A stretch of DNA of 64,000 nt from Hydrolagus colliei (lineage: Eukaryota), in the NCBI GenBank assembly GCA_035084275.1, contig CM068768.1:4650001-4714000 (forward strand), read 5' to 3'. This document shows positions 10,404-22,139 of this stretch, one piece after another (position 1 is the stretch's first letter; each line of letters starts with the position of its first letter). A model generated the notes under the pieces. That model did not search any database, was not told where the DNA came from, and saw only the letters and a program-made list of their open reading frames with translations. The position numbers and the translations under genes were made by a program.

Positions 10404-12452
10404 CATCCTGTACATAGGTACATGAGGGAGAAAGGAAAAAAAGGTTATGCATGTAGGCTGAGTTGAGGAAGGGCAGGAGGAAGCTCCTGTGGAGCATATA
10501 TGCCAGCACAGACTAGTTGGTCCAAATGATCTGTTTCTGTGTTGTATATTCTAATGTATTCTAATATTTGTTTTGGAGGGTTTATTAGGCATGTAGAGTA
10601 AGGAAACTTGCGCAAGATTTCGCCCTGCCAGGAGTCGAACCTAGGTCTCCCGCTTGTAAGGCGAGTGCTCTAACCACTGAGCAAAGGGATTACTTCCCTG
10701 TCCTCACTTTGGATCTTTCAAGTCTCACTCCAGTCACATATAGTTTTTGTTTATATATACAGTATATATTCAGTACAATAAAATAATTTCAAGAAATATA
10801 TAGGTACAGTAGAAGCCCTTTTATCCGTGACTCGATGCACCGGGGCTTCAGTATAACCAGCACACCAAAAAAAAGTCTCCATTCGATAAACCGGAATTTA
10901 TCCGGAACAATAACAGTGGAGCATTTGTAAATACATAAATAATAACATAATAACAGAACATTATATTGGCACCCACAGTCAAAACCACTCTCCTTCGCCC
11001 CTGCACCCGCTGGTAGATGCTGCACTTGAAGCCATGATGCTGCGGTTAACATTTACAGTCCAGCGACTCCCCCCAAAATGGAGCACGCCAAGAGGGCGAA
11101 AAAAACGGAGTGCATATGACTTCAAAATATACATAATTTTTGAAATTATTTTATTCTCTTCACATTTGGAAAAAAATTAGATTGGCATTTACCTATGTCT
11201 TATTTAATAATTTGGTTCATTTGGCTCTTAGCATGGAACACCTCCAAGAGGCATTTGCAACCTATGTTTCCATTCTGTTCTTTGGATTCCACTGCATTCT
11301 TGGAAGGGTTGGCTGCATGAAGTATCTGCTTTTTTAAAACAAAAGAGCAATCAGACAGAACCAGTGGGTAGCATGCTGGGGTGAGACAGCATGAAGCTGT
11401 CTGACATCAATACAGTTACATGACTATTTCTTCTATTTCCAAGCAGTACCCTATACACCAGCAGGTGATCAATCAGAATTCCCTATTTGTAGTGCATTAT
11501 GAAATCTACTCGAGACGCCCGTTGCTATTCTGATGACACTTGTCCAAATTGGCTGGTCAACCGAACTAAGTTGAATCTGTGTCTACAGACTTTACCTGAC
11601 TCGATGTACTCGGATATCAGTTTCCACTCTGAATTCACATTGCTTAATGTACTGGAATTAATGTGCATCATCAATCCAATCCATTCACAGGATATTCTTC
11701 TAATGCGTGACTACTCACTCTGTGTGTTGTGTCTGTTTGTATGAATGATTTTGCTACATCTTAAAAATATTATTTTGTGGGGGGTAAATGGCTTCTTGTG
11801 AATTTCATCGTTTTGAAATGGTGTATCGGTGCTACCATAATAATGGAAAGTTTCTAAACAAAAAAGACATTTTATACTCTTTTTGGCTCAGCGTGTGTAT
11901 CTATGATTCTGTTACAATGTATTATAAGCAAAGAGTAGTGAACACAGTCTCCCAAATAATGTCTGGAAATGAGAGTTATGTTAGTAATTCAAAGTGTGAG
12001 AAAGTTCCATCTGAAACGACCTGAATTATATGTTGTAAAAGGTTCCTTCCTGAAATAGTAACACGTTTAAAAAAAAACTATCAGACCATCAAAAGGCATA
12101 GATTACCTAACTCTCTTATAAGACCATTTGTGTTTAAAAGAGTGATTGTGTAGCACTATGGAAAACTCTTAAATCAGTATTAAGTTAGAAACCATTTCTC
12201 TTGTGTTTTGCATAAATACAACGCCTACAACAATAAGAAAATTACATTTGATAGCGCCTTTCACATCAGGAGGATGTCCCCAGGCGCTGGACAGTCAGTG
12301 TTACCATTATTGTGGCAGTTCTGATACGCCATTTAAAAATGAATACTGATTATAACCATTTTCTACAATTCTGAGCAATTCTAAATTTTCAGACAAACTG
12401 CCCTTACCAGCTAAGACTGAAGTTGGATTTCATGCTTCAGGGTTGGATATTT

Positions 12453-12783
12453 GTGGAGTAGTGCACAGTGGTTAACTCACTTGCCTAGCAATCAAGAGGA
12501 CCAGTGTCCTCTTGATTGCCAGACAAACAAAATCTTAGGGACGTCTCCTATCTCCACACGGCTGTATTTACCTAGCAATAAGTAGGTATCTGGTTGTTAC
12601 TCAATTTTTGGACCATTTTTCTGAGTAGTGATGTTCCCTTCAATAACAAAAAAACGATTTGGTCACTCAATGCACATCTGCGCAATTGATTAACCATGTT
12701 TCACCCACAATGTACACTGTAAATCCAGTTTACAGAATTTTCTGTGAAGCTCTATGAGATGTCTTAATAATGTGATAATACTA
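12453..12783 (+). mobile_element. tRNA-derived SINE (long variant)
   Basis: Head, extra TTTACCTAGCAATAAGTAGG segment, and tail. Confidence 0.8.
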
Positions 12784-13073
12784 ATAATAATTCTTGCATT
12801 TCACATCGTGCTTTACATGTCTTCTAGATGTCTCAAACTGCTTCACAGAATATACTGTAAAGTGAATTAACTGTAAATTTGTGGACAAAACGCGGCAGCC
12901 AGTTGCGCAAACGGTCGTTGATTGAAATGACCAATTGATTATAGGTTTTTTTAGGGTTTATTATTAGGCATAAGGAAACTTGCCCAAAGGTTTCGCCCTG
13001 CCATGCCTGGATTTGAACACAGGTCTCACGCTTGCAAGACGAGTGCTCTAACCACTGAGCTACAGGACTCCAC
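12784..13073 (-). mobile_element. tRNA-derived SINE (short variant)
   Basis: Reverse copy with an intact head (ACCACTGAGCTACAGGACTCCAC on +). Confidence 0.92.
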
Positions 13074-13494
13074 ATTATGGTTGGGAAGGATACCCGTCTC
13101 TGCTAAGAAGCCAGTGTTGGATTGCTTACTCACTCTTGTTGGTTTAGAAAATAATAAGGGACAGAGTGGGGGGGCTGGGAGTGAAGAGAGGGATATCTTG
13201 TTTTTCAGGTGTTTTAATTGTATAAAAATGTGTCTTTGATCTTAAGAAGTTAGTAATTGAAGCTACAAAGGAATTAATAATTGAAGATGTTATTGGAATG
13301 TGTTGCTTTAGAAACAGAAACATTTATCCCCTCGAACCTGTTCCGCTATTCTGTAAGATCATGACCGCCCTGTATCCCTTAATACCCTAACCTAACAAAT
13401 ATCTATCTACCTCAGTCTTGAAGATGTGAATGGATCCAGTATCCACTCTCCTTTTGAGGGAGAGAGTTCCATGTTCATGATGATCATTGCTTAG

Positions 13495-13716
<222 letters not shown>

Positions 13717-14167
13717 TAAGTATAAAGAGATGTGCTTGAAAATTTCAGTTAAGAAACTGCCCTAGCTTTGTTTTGTCCTAGCGTGTGAGTTTGGCTTGTC
13801 TTAAATTTTAAGATGATGCAGAATTGTGGGGAATTCTTATATTCTTGTGGAAATTTGAGAAAATGAGCCTCCAAAGTAAGACTGAATAGAAGAATTTTCT
13901 TAGGAGTTCTATAAGTAAATGATTCAAGCCACTAGTGATCCTTTGGTCATTTTAACTGAGCAAGTTAGTGAACTCGGTATTCACTCTGTACTGGATAGCA
14001 CATGGTTTTGTCATGCTCTCCTCTGAGCTTGAAACAATGTACTACACAAGTGAAGAAACCTAAATAATGCTGCTTGCACTGCAACTTAGATAAGATTCTA
14101 GGCTTTTTCCTGGACTCAGTCAGAGGTGTCTGCCACTCGTAATGCTTCCTCTTGTTTTATTCTCTAG

Positions 14168-14275
14168 ATCCCAGCGTCTAAGATTCAGGCTGAATTTGTA
14201 CGAATTAAAAGAAGGCAGACAGATCAAACCCAGAACCTTTATGAGCATGGTCTCAAATCTCCTCTATGAGCGACG
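14168..14275 (+). CDS. PSMB3: PSMB3 coding exon 3
   Basis: tag|A TCC CAG...CG|gtgagt; [35 protein letters not shown]; 108 nt; absent from the ORF track. Confidence 0.98.
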
Positions 14276-14971
14276 GTGAGTTAAATCCTCCATCCTGCTT
14301 TGTGAGCCAATTGATTCAGCTGTTCCTGTGAGCGTCAGTCACTCCCAATCCTCCACAATGTGTGGATATTCCTTCCTCTCCCCGCTATATCTGGGTTTAT
14401 AATCCCACCTTAAAACTTACCTGTCAAGCTCACCTAGTGTCTCTCCTCCCTTGCTCGTCATCCTGCCCCTCCACTGCGACTCGCTTTTGGGAGGAGACAA
14501 GTTGTTTCTGCCTCGCTTCCCTCGCCAACTCCACCACTCCTTCCCTTCTCCCCCGAGCATTAGACTCGAGTTTCAGTGCAATTACGCGGATATGGTCAAT
14601 CACCCTCCCCACCTGCTTGACCTTGTCTTAATGTTACGTCTACACACATACACTCTTCAGCAGGTATCATCAAATCAGGATCAGGAGTGAGCACCTGGCT
14701 GTTTTGTACTTGCTGTTGAGATCAGTTGCCTGTGACATTGCTGATCTGTGTATTCATTTCTTTACTGAGTCATAAATTTACCACCTCAACCCTGCGGATG
14801 GCATCATTTGTGGGAAATGTTCACTTTCTCTCTTTTGGGGATGTGACTAGAGTGTATTTGAAACTTGCCTGTAATGGCTTGTCTGAGATTGTGAATGTGG
14901 GTCCCGAGGGTGGGGGTGGGGGATGAATTGCAGATGAAAACATGTTGCTCCTAACTAGACAACATTTGCAG

Positions 14972-15149
14972 ATTTGGCCCTTACTATGTGGATCCCGTCA
15001 TTGCTGGACTTCATCCAAACACATACGAACCCTTCATTTGTTCACTTGATGTAATCGGCTGCCCAATGGAGACTGAAGATTTTGTGGTCAGCGGAACCTG
15101 CTCCGAGCAAATGTATGGCATGTGTGAGTCTCTGTGGGAGCCAAACCTG
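14972..15149 (+). CDS. PSMB3: PSMB3 coding exon 4
   Basis: cag|A TTT GGC...CTG|gtaagt; [13 protein letters not shown]...[11 protein letters not shown]; 178 nt. Confidence 0.98.
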
Positions 15150-16614
15150 GTAAGTGCTCAAATCGATCCCCTTTTTTACCCCCTGCCCCCCCACCTTTGC
15201 TATTGAATTAGACGTAGTCCATGACATGGGGTTTTGCAGTATTTACTGTCTGCAAACTTCCTGCTGCTTGTCCATCTGGAATAAACCTTGCCTTATGGGC
15301 TTTGACTTTCAGGGTCATCAGGAGCTGAGTGGGAGGAATCACTGCCACTAGAACTGGTCTGCCCCTTCCAAATGAAACTGATAAGCCAAGTGGCTAGTCG
15401 ACCATCAGTATTGCCCTTGAGTACTACAGATCCAACTGGCTCAGGAACCAGACCAGAAATTGTATCATTAATTGTATCATTACAAGACTTCATTCAACAT
15501 TCAGTTGCCAAATATGTCACCTTGGAGCAAATTTACTGCTTCAAGGAGACCCTGCTTGCCTCTGTTCCCCCTCACCCCTCCCTCACAGGAGGATTGGGTC
15601 CAGTTAATCTCAGAAACGATAATTGATCAGGTCTACATTTTTTAAAATAAATCTCTTGTAATATGTATCTAATGCTTTCCCCTGTCAAGTGTTGGATGGG
15701 GGAGGGAAGAGAACTTTATGTGTTTCTGTTGAACACCTGTGACAGAAGAAGGGGTTACTGTGATGTGGGAAATGCAGACAGGCTGAAGGGGTAGAAGCAA
15801 AAGAACAAAACCAGGCAAAGAACAAACTGTCTATTCACAATCCTTTCCTGAATTTGAGACTATGCGCTTGCGTGTGGTCCTCTTGACCATGTGGCCTGAA
15901 TTTTTTAGGATCCTGAAGACTTCAATAAGATCAACCTCAATCATCCCTTCTCTCATTTAACATTCTCAGCCTTTGCGCATTCTTTGTCCCTCATAGGTCT
16001 TGTCCCATGGACTTGCTGTATGTTATTCCTTTCCCAACACTATGCTATTCAGGCAGGCCTCAGAACTGTGCACAAGTGGGGCTGACAAAATATTTGTAAT
16101 TTCCTCCCTCACTATTGCATCCTGTGACATAAACATTATTTATCTCGCTCTGCACTGTAGCTCTGCACTGTAAAATACATATTACATCTCTCGTTGCTGC
16201 CTCTCATTGTGTTGAAAAGAAAGAAATCAAAGACCATACAATTACTTAATCTGTATCCAAACACATTAAATAATTGTATGATCTTTCATTTAGAATAATC
16301 TGGGGAACCTGTTCTCTTATTACCTCTGTTGTGACTAAGTAGCTACTGGAGATCCGGAGCCTGCAGGCACAATGCCTAAAAGCGTTGTGCTGGAATTCTG
16401 GTCAGAACTGAGTTTTTTAACAAATTGGATTGAGCTCACTGTGCTCGAGTTGCCAGATACAATACTGGATCAAACACTCATTCCCATGTGAGCTGTTACC
16501 ACAACATCAATGTACTTGTCTTAATTCATTGAGTGTGCCAATCTTGATGTCTGTGAAGAGCGCTGAAACAGCCAGCACTCTTGTGTTCTCTTAGTGGTCA
16601 CAGTGAGAACTACT

Positions 16615-16685
16615 GCCTTGGACCTGAACTGTTGACTCACTTTCCTTTCTCCATAGATGCTGCCTGCCCTGCTGAATGTTCCTTG
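16615..16685 (+). mobile_element. Possible Penelope-like element terminal fragment
   Basis: CTCCATAGATGCTGCCTGCCCTGCTGA resembles a common chondrichthyan repeat end; recalled similarity only. Confidence 0.35.
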
Positions 16686-16847
16686 CTTGATGAAAATCCT
16701 TACATTTGATATAGTGTCTCATTGTGCCTTTAAATATCTCAAAGCACTACACAGGGGCTTATTGTAAAGTTTAATTGCAGTATTTGTAGGTGAGCATAGT
16801 AACAAGTTTTATCTAGGGCATTGCTAGTCAGGACAGTGGGAGAAGGT

Positions 16848-17160
16848 ATAATAATAATACTAATAATGCTTGCATTTGATATTGCACTTTTTGAATCTTC
16901 TAGACGTCTCAAAGCGCTTCAAGGAATATATTGTAAAGTGAATGTATTGTATATTTATGGGTGAAACACGGCAGCTAATTGAGACAGCAATGTCTCCCGA
17001 ACAGTCGTGGATTTAAATTTAGTATTGGTTTTCTCTTGAGGGATAATTATCAGGCATGTAGAGTAAGGAAACTTTCAAACCCAGGGCTCCTGCTCTAACT
17101 GAGCACTCATCTTGCAAGCGAGGGAACTGGGATGGGGTGCACTGAGCTACAGGACTACCA
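16848..17160 (-). mobile_element. tRNA-derived SINE with rearranged head
   Basis: Reverse copy; segment ~17101-17131 is in the opposite orientation. Confidence 0.85.
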
Positions 17161-17489
17161 TGATGTGGGGATAAGGAGAAAAGCATTAAAAATCTAATAA
17201 ACAAGCTGAATTGGCTAAAAAATCACCTCCTTTTCCTGTATTGGGCAATGGATATAAATATCAGCCTATAATCTTGACTGCAGTTTATATTATTCTGAAA
17301 TCCACTGAAATGTATTCCTGAGGGAAGTGCTGAAAATCACAATAGTTTTAAATGAAGATCCTTTGTCCTATTTGATCTCATTCTTCCACAATGTCAATGC
17401 CAACATCTTTCCATCATGCATCAAGTGCACAGGTTAGAAGCAGAGCAAGGTTCCATCTATCCAACCTGGATTGAGGTGCTTCAGTGTCT

Positions 17490-17800
17490 CAAAGGCATCA
17501 AAGGAACTGGCTTGATCCACATCCTCCAACCTTCCTGCCCTACAATCAGCAGTTGTGCCTTCAACCTTTCTACCCCCACCCCTTTGAACTCCATCTCCGT
17601 TCCTTTACCCTTATTGCCACCTTCAAGGCCTGTCTCACGAACTTCCTCTTTGGCTGTGGCTTCGGTCACCCTCCTTTTCCTCCACTCACTCGTAACACCT
17701 CCTGATTCCAAACCCCAGCTTGGATGCAAATCTTTGACTGTCAGCACCTTGTGTTGACCTCTCGGTATTAAAGGCGCAATACAAATGTGAGCTGTTGTAG
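17490..17800 (+). mobile_element. L2 LINE 3' UTR and tail
   Basis: GCCTTCAAC...CCTTCAAGGCCTGTCTC...AAAGGCGCAATACAAATG...TGTTG. Confidence 0.7.
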
Positions 17801-17987
17801 GATCCAGACAATCGCATGCCCGTCCTGAAATTCCATCTCTATCACCCCATTGCCCCTTTATCACCTTTTGTGGTCCAACATGGTCATATGTCTATTCCTT
17901 CCAGTCTATTTGTATCCTTGTCATATTGGAAATGTTCAAAAGTTTTGGATTCCAAGTCCAGTTTTAAATGTTTTTTTCCTCTTTCAG

Positions 17988-18082
17988 GAAGCGGACGATC
18001 TGTTTGAAACTATTTCACAAGCCATTTTGAATGCAGTGGATCGGGATGCTATGTCTGGTATGGGAGTCATCGTGCACTTGAT
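17988..18082 (+). CDS. PSMB3: PSMB3 coding exon 5
   Basis: cag|GAA GCG...AT|gtaagt; [31 protein letters not shown]; 95 nt. Confidence 0.98.
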
Positions 18083-18449
18083 GTAAGTTTGGGTGGACCT
18101 GCTTTTGGAGATCAATCTTGCAACATTTAACCATGCCTGTATAGAAAGTGTTTATTTTAGTTCCAAAGGAGAGTTGCCTTAAATTGTTAGAAATGGCTAT
18201 GGACTTGTAGGTGGAGTCCCGTAGTGTTGTGGTTAGCACACTTGCCTGGAAAGCAAGAGGGCCTGGGTTTAATTCCAGGGCGGGCAAAACCATGGGCAAG
18301 TTTCCTTACTCCATGCGTCGTTAGCTGCCCCACTCTTTGAAATACATCGACAGATCTCGGAGTGACGAGGCGCTGTATCAAATTATTATTCTATTTTAAT
18401 GGAAACAGTAGAAGCTTTGGTCTCATTGTTGTTGTACCTCTTTTTGCAG

Positions 18450-18498
18450 TGAGAAAGACAAGATTACTACCAAAATACTAAAGGCTCGTATGGATTGA
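18450..18498 (+). CDS. PSMB3: PSMB3 coding exon 6 (terminal)
   Basis: cag|T GAG AAA...GAT TGA; EKDKITTKILKARMD*. Confidence 0.98.
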
Positions 18499-18993
18499 AA
18501 CTCTCCAGGGATCTCCATTGTGTTCTGCGGGATAGCTTTTTTTAACAAAAAATTGTATACAAATACATCTGTTCTCATTAGAATCAGTTTCCTTTTCTAG
18601 TATGTGTTCAATGACGGTCTTGTTCATCACAAAGCAAATGTAGAATATTAAGTAAAGTAAAATGGTTACAGTGGACTGCTCGCCATAGAGAGAATACTCA
18701 AAAGTCTTGTTCAGTGAAGCGTGGGAGTTCACCTAACCTCCGGATACTAAAGGAGAACACCTTGCATGAATGAACAAAGGAAGCAGGGCTGTGCGTTTAA
18801 TTTTCACCGTAGAAATGTAAAAGCCAGTTCTGTTGGAACCATAAGCAGAGTGTAACGAGAAATGGAGAAAAGGAGCAAAGTAAGAAAAATCTGGTGTTTA
18901 CATCATGGTGGCTCTGTCTTTGAAACGTTGAACTTTGAGAAACCTCCCGGTGACACACACGTATTTTCATTGTATTGTCTATGGTGCAAGAAC

Positions 18994-18999
18994 AATAAA
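18994..18999 (+). terminator. Candidate PSMB3 polyadenylation signal AATAAA
   Basis: First canonical hexamer I found after the stop; a variant AGTAAA also occurs at 18651-18656. Confidence 0.45.
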
Positions 19000-19164
19000 T
19001 ATGCAGAAGGTTATAATGTAGTTTTTATTTTAATAGAACAGAGATTGGATCTGAACGGAGTCTCCTTCAGCATTTAGGTCACCTGCCACACGATCTCAAT
19101 AGACAAGCTTGTGAGCGTCCTCTGGAGCTGGCAGTGAACATATACCACAAGAGCATGAGTTCAT

Positions 19165-19470
19165 GTGGAGTCCTGTAGCTCAGTGGTTAGAGCACTCGCC
19201 TTACAAACGAGAGACCTGGGTTCAATTCCTGGCAGGGCGAAACGGTGGACAAGTTTCCTTACTCCATATGTCTAATAATCACTAAAAAAAATTTTTTAAA
19301 TTCGTCACTCTTCACGATTGCTTGTGGGACACTGCTGTGCTCAAACGGCTGCCACATTTCATCCACAAATATACAGTCTATGCACTTTACAGTATACATG
19401 CATTCTGTGAAGCGCTTTGAAATGTCTAGAAGATGTGAAAAGCACTATATCAAATGCAAGGATTATTAGT
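19165..19470 (+). mobile_element. tRNA-derived SINE, full-length short variant
   Basis: GTGGAGTCCTGTAGCTCAGTGGTTAGAGCAC head, GGTTCAATTCC B-box, and tail. Confidence 0.95.
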
Positions 19471-19909
19471 AGTAGGACAAACCTCTGACATCACATTAAA
19501 TGCACTCATTGGGCACTGGTCATTAACAAGAGCTGGTCTACATGAGGTTACTTTTTTCCTGTACAAAAATGGGGTCAAAGCAGATTCCAGTTTCATTGTT
19601 ATTTTCAGTCTCTCACCTCGAGATCGAACATAACTAGTTGCTGGCCCTATCAGGTATAGCAATTCCAAATATTAAATACATATTAATAATTAGTGGCAAA
19701 TACATGTACTAATTATGAAGTCTAATACAGTATTGTAGCTTCCATAATGAGTATAAACAGGTTATAGGTGACAGTATCCACATGGAAGATCTGGTCTCTT
19801 TGGTTTTGTAAATGCCCAATATAATAATACTTTCATGGAATCAATGAATGTTACAGCACACAAAGTGACCATTTGATCACTTTGCAACAACTCAATATAA
19901 GACACTATA

Positions 19910-20620
19910 TCAACAACAAAATTATACTTGTATAGTGCCTTTCACATCAGGAGGATATCCCAAGGCACTGTACAGTCATTGCTTCAGTTGGGGTCGGGGA
20001 CGGAGAGGCTGGAGTGAAAAGGGAGGATATGAGGGTGACTGATGGGATCGTCGAAGAGGAGGGTCTTGAGGCAGGACTTGAAGGAGGCTAGAGTGGGGGC
20101 AAGGCGGAAGGACTGAGGAATGGAGATCCAGAGATTAGGGGACAAGTGGCTGAAGGCTCACCCACCAATGGTGGGGCAGGTTGGGGGACATAGAGCAGGC
20201 TAGAGCCTGCTGAGTGGAGGGGAAGGTTGGTAGGGGGTTAGAAGGTCACAGAGGTAGGGTGGGGCGAGGTCATGGAGGGCTTTGAATGTGAGGACCAGGA
20301 TCTTGAATCCTCTGAGTGATGGGGAGCCAGACAGTGGAGTCAGGTGAGATTGGGTCACGAAGCTTGGAGCGGTAGAGTACACGGGCTGCAGAGTTCTGCA
20401 TTATTTGCAGCCTTTGGAGGGAGAAATTGGGAAGGCCGATAACCAGGGCGTTGGACTAGTCAAGCCTGGATGTGATGAAGGCATGAATGAGAGTCCAGCA
20501 GCCTGAGGGGTGAGGTAGTGGCTGAGTTGGGCAATATTGCAGAATTGAGGGAAGGCAGAACGAGTCATGGCTTGGATGTGGGGGAGGATAGACAGTTGAG
20601 GATCGAACAAGACACCTAGA
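19910..20620 (-). mobile_element. L2 LINE, 3' portion
   Basis: FKILVLTFKALHDLAPPYL and FDPQLS..PHI motifs; (TTG)n tail. Confidence 0.9.
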
Positions 20621-22139
20621 TTAAAAATACAAGGATTATTATGTCAAGTCTGCGCAAGATAGTTTCCCCTCCACTTATGTCAACAATTCTCCAGATAAAA
20701 TCAGTCATTCACTTCTTGGCTATTCACGGGACGTATGCAAATTGCTCGCCATTGAAGGTGATAGCAATTATCAGTAGAGTGCTTGGAGATCTTTTGACTT
20801 TATCGGTGCTGTATTAAATTGAAAGATTAATCTTATTTTATTATTAATCCCATTCTAGCTTGCTCTCGTACTCCTTTAATGTTTTTTTCCCCCAAAGTAC
20901 AGCATGTCCAATTGTTTAAACAGTTTGTGAACTTTGCCTCAACTATGCCTTACAACAGAGAATATCACATTCCCACTACTCAACAAGTTTAACCCTGTCA
21001 ATAATCAACTGTTATATTTATCTTGTTGTAATTGTGACGGTTTCCATCAGGTCGCAAGCCCTTAGCTTGATCATCTCAAGTGAAAACGTCTGAAGTCAGG
21101 TAACGTTAGGGACTAACTGGACATTCGACCCTAAGAGCAATTGCAGCAATTCAAGCGCTCGCACATCATCAAAGCAAAACTCACTCTATTCTGTCCAAAT
21201 AATGTGCCCCATTGCAACAGAGTGACATTCTCAATGAACCACAACAGCTATTTAGTCCTGAGTGCTATTGTCAATTTAATCTTCCAGGGGTTTGGATTCC
21301 TGTCCATTTGAAACGGTATTCTGACTGCCTCCATTAAGTCATCTGTGTTGAATCCCTTCAGCGCTTTCCGCACAGCTGACGGATGTGGTTTCGTCCAAGA
21401 TTAGCAAATGTCCACACAAATATACAGTCAATTCACTTTACAGTACATTCTGTGAAGCGCTTTGAGAAGTCGATAAGATGTGAAAAGCGCTATATCAAAT
21501 GCAAGGATTATTATTTATTATGCTGGAAAATAATTTGTCAGAATTATATCCTCATTTAAGCTGTCCTTAGAAATACTAAACATTACCTGCCCTTGAGAAG
21601 GATAGCTCAAAGGTGAAACGTTTAACATTTCATTCGCCCAAAGTGCCGATAATGGACAGCAGAGTGCAGAAGATGACTATCTGATTCACAGCTGAACCAA
21701 AGCAGGTCAGGAGAGTCCCAGGTTCACTTTGTCCTCAATTAATTAACCGATCTCAGCCAGGGTGAGGGAAGCAGCTTCAATGGAGTTGATAGATGGAGAA
21801 ATTCAAGTCAGGGCACACCATGAGATTAATAATACATACATACATTTCATACAATGGGAATAAACTGCATATAAAAAAGGGAATTCCTACAATCTGTGTG
21901 CAAGCATAATTATGAGGACAGGGTGATGAAGTACATTTATGATTTCCCTCCCTTCGGATTTCCATGCCTAGCATTTAGCTTCAAAACATCTTAAGAGTGC
22001 CATAAGTAATTACTATTAGGGTAGCCGATAGAGATGGGTGAGAAGGGATCGCAGAGCGTAGTGCGGGAGAGGACATGGCTGCAGTGTTCTGGATGATCTG
22101 CCGCCTGTGGCTAGTAGTTGTTTTAGAATGTGAGCCGAG

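Noticed and set aside
11140-12060. Unique sequence with several 65-81 aa ORFs in PSMB3 intron 1 (possible nested gene or snoRNA)
   Set aside because: No recognisable protein, stops in the splice-compatible frames I tested, and no convincing C/D or H/ACA architecture.
14948-14971. PSMB3 intron 3 acceptor with a CCTAAC branch close to the AG and a poor pyrimidine tract (U12-like appearance)
   Set aside because: The donor is GTGAGT, not GTATCCTT, so this is a U2 intron.
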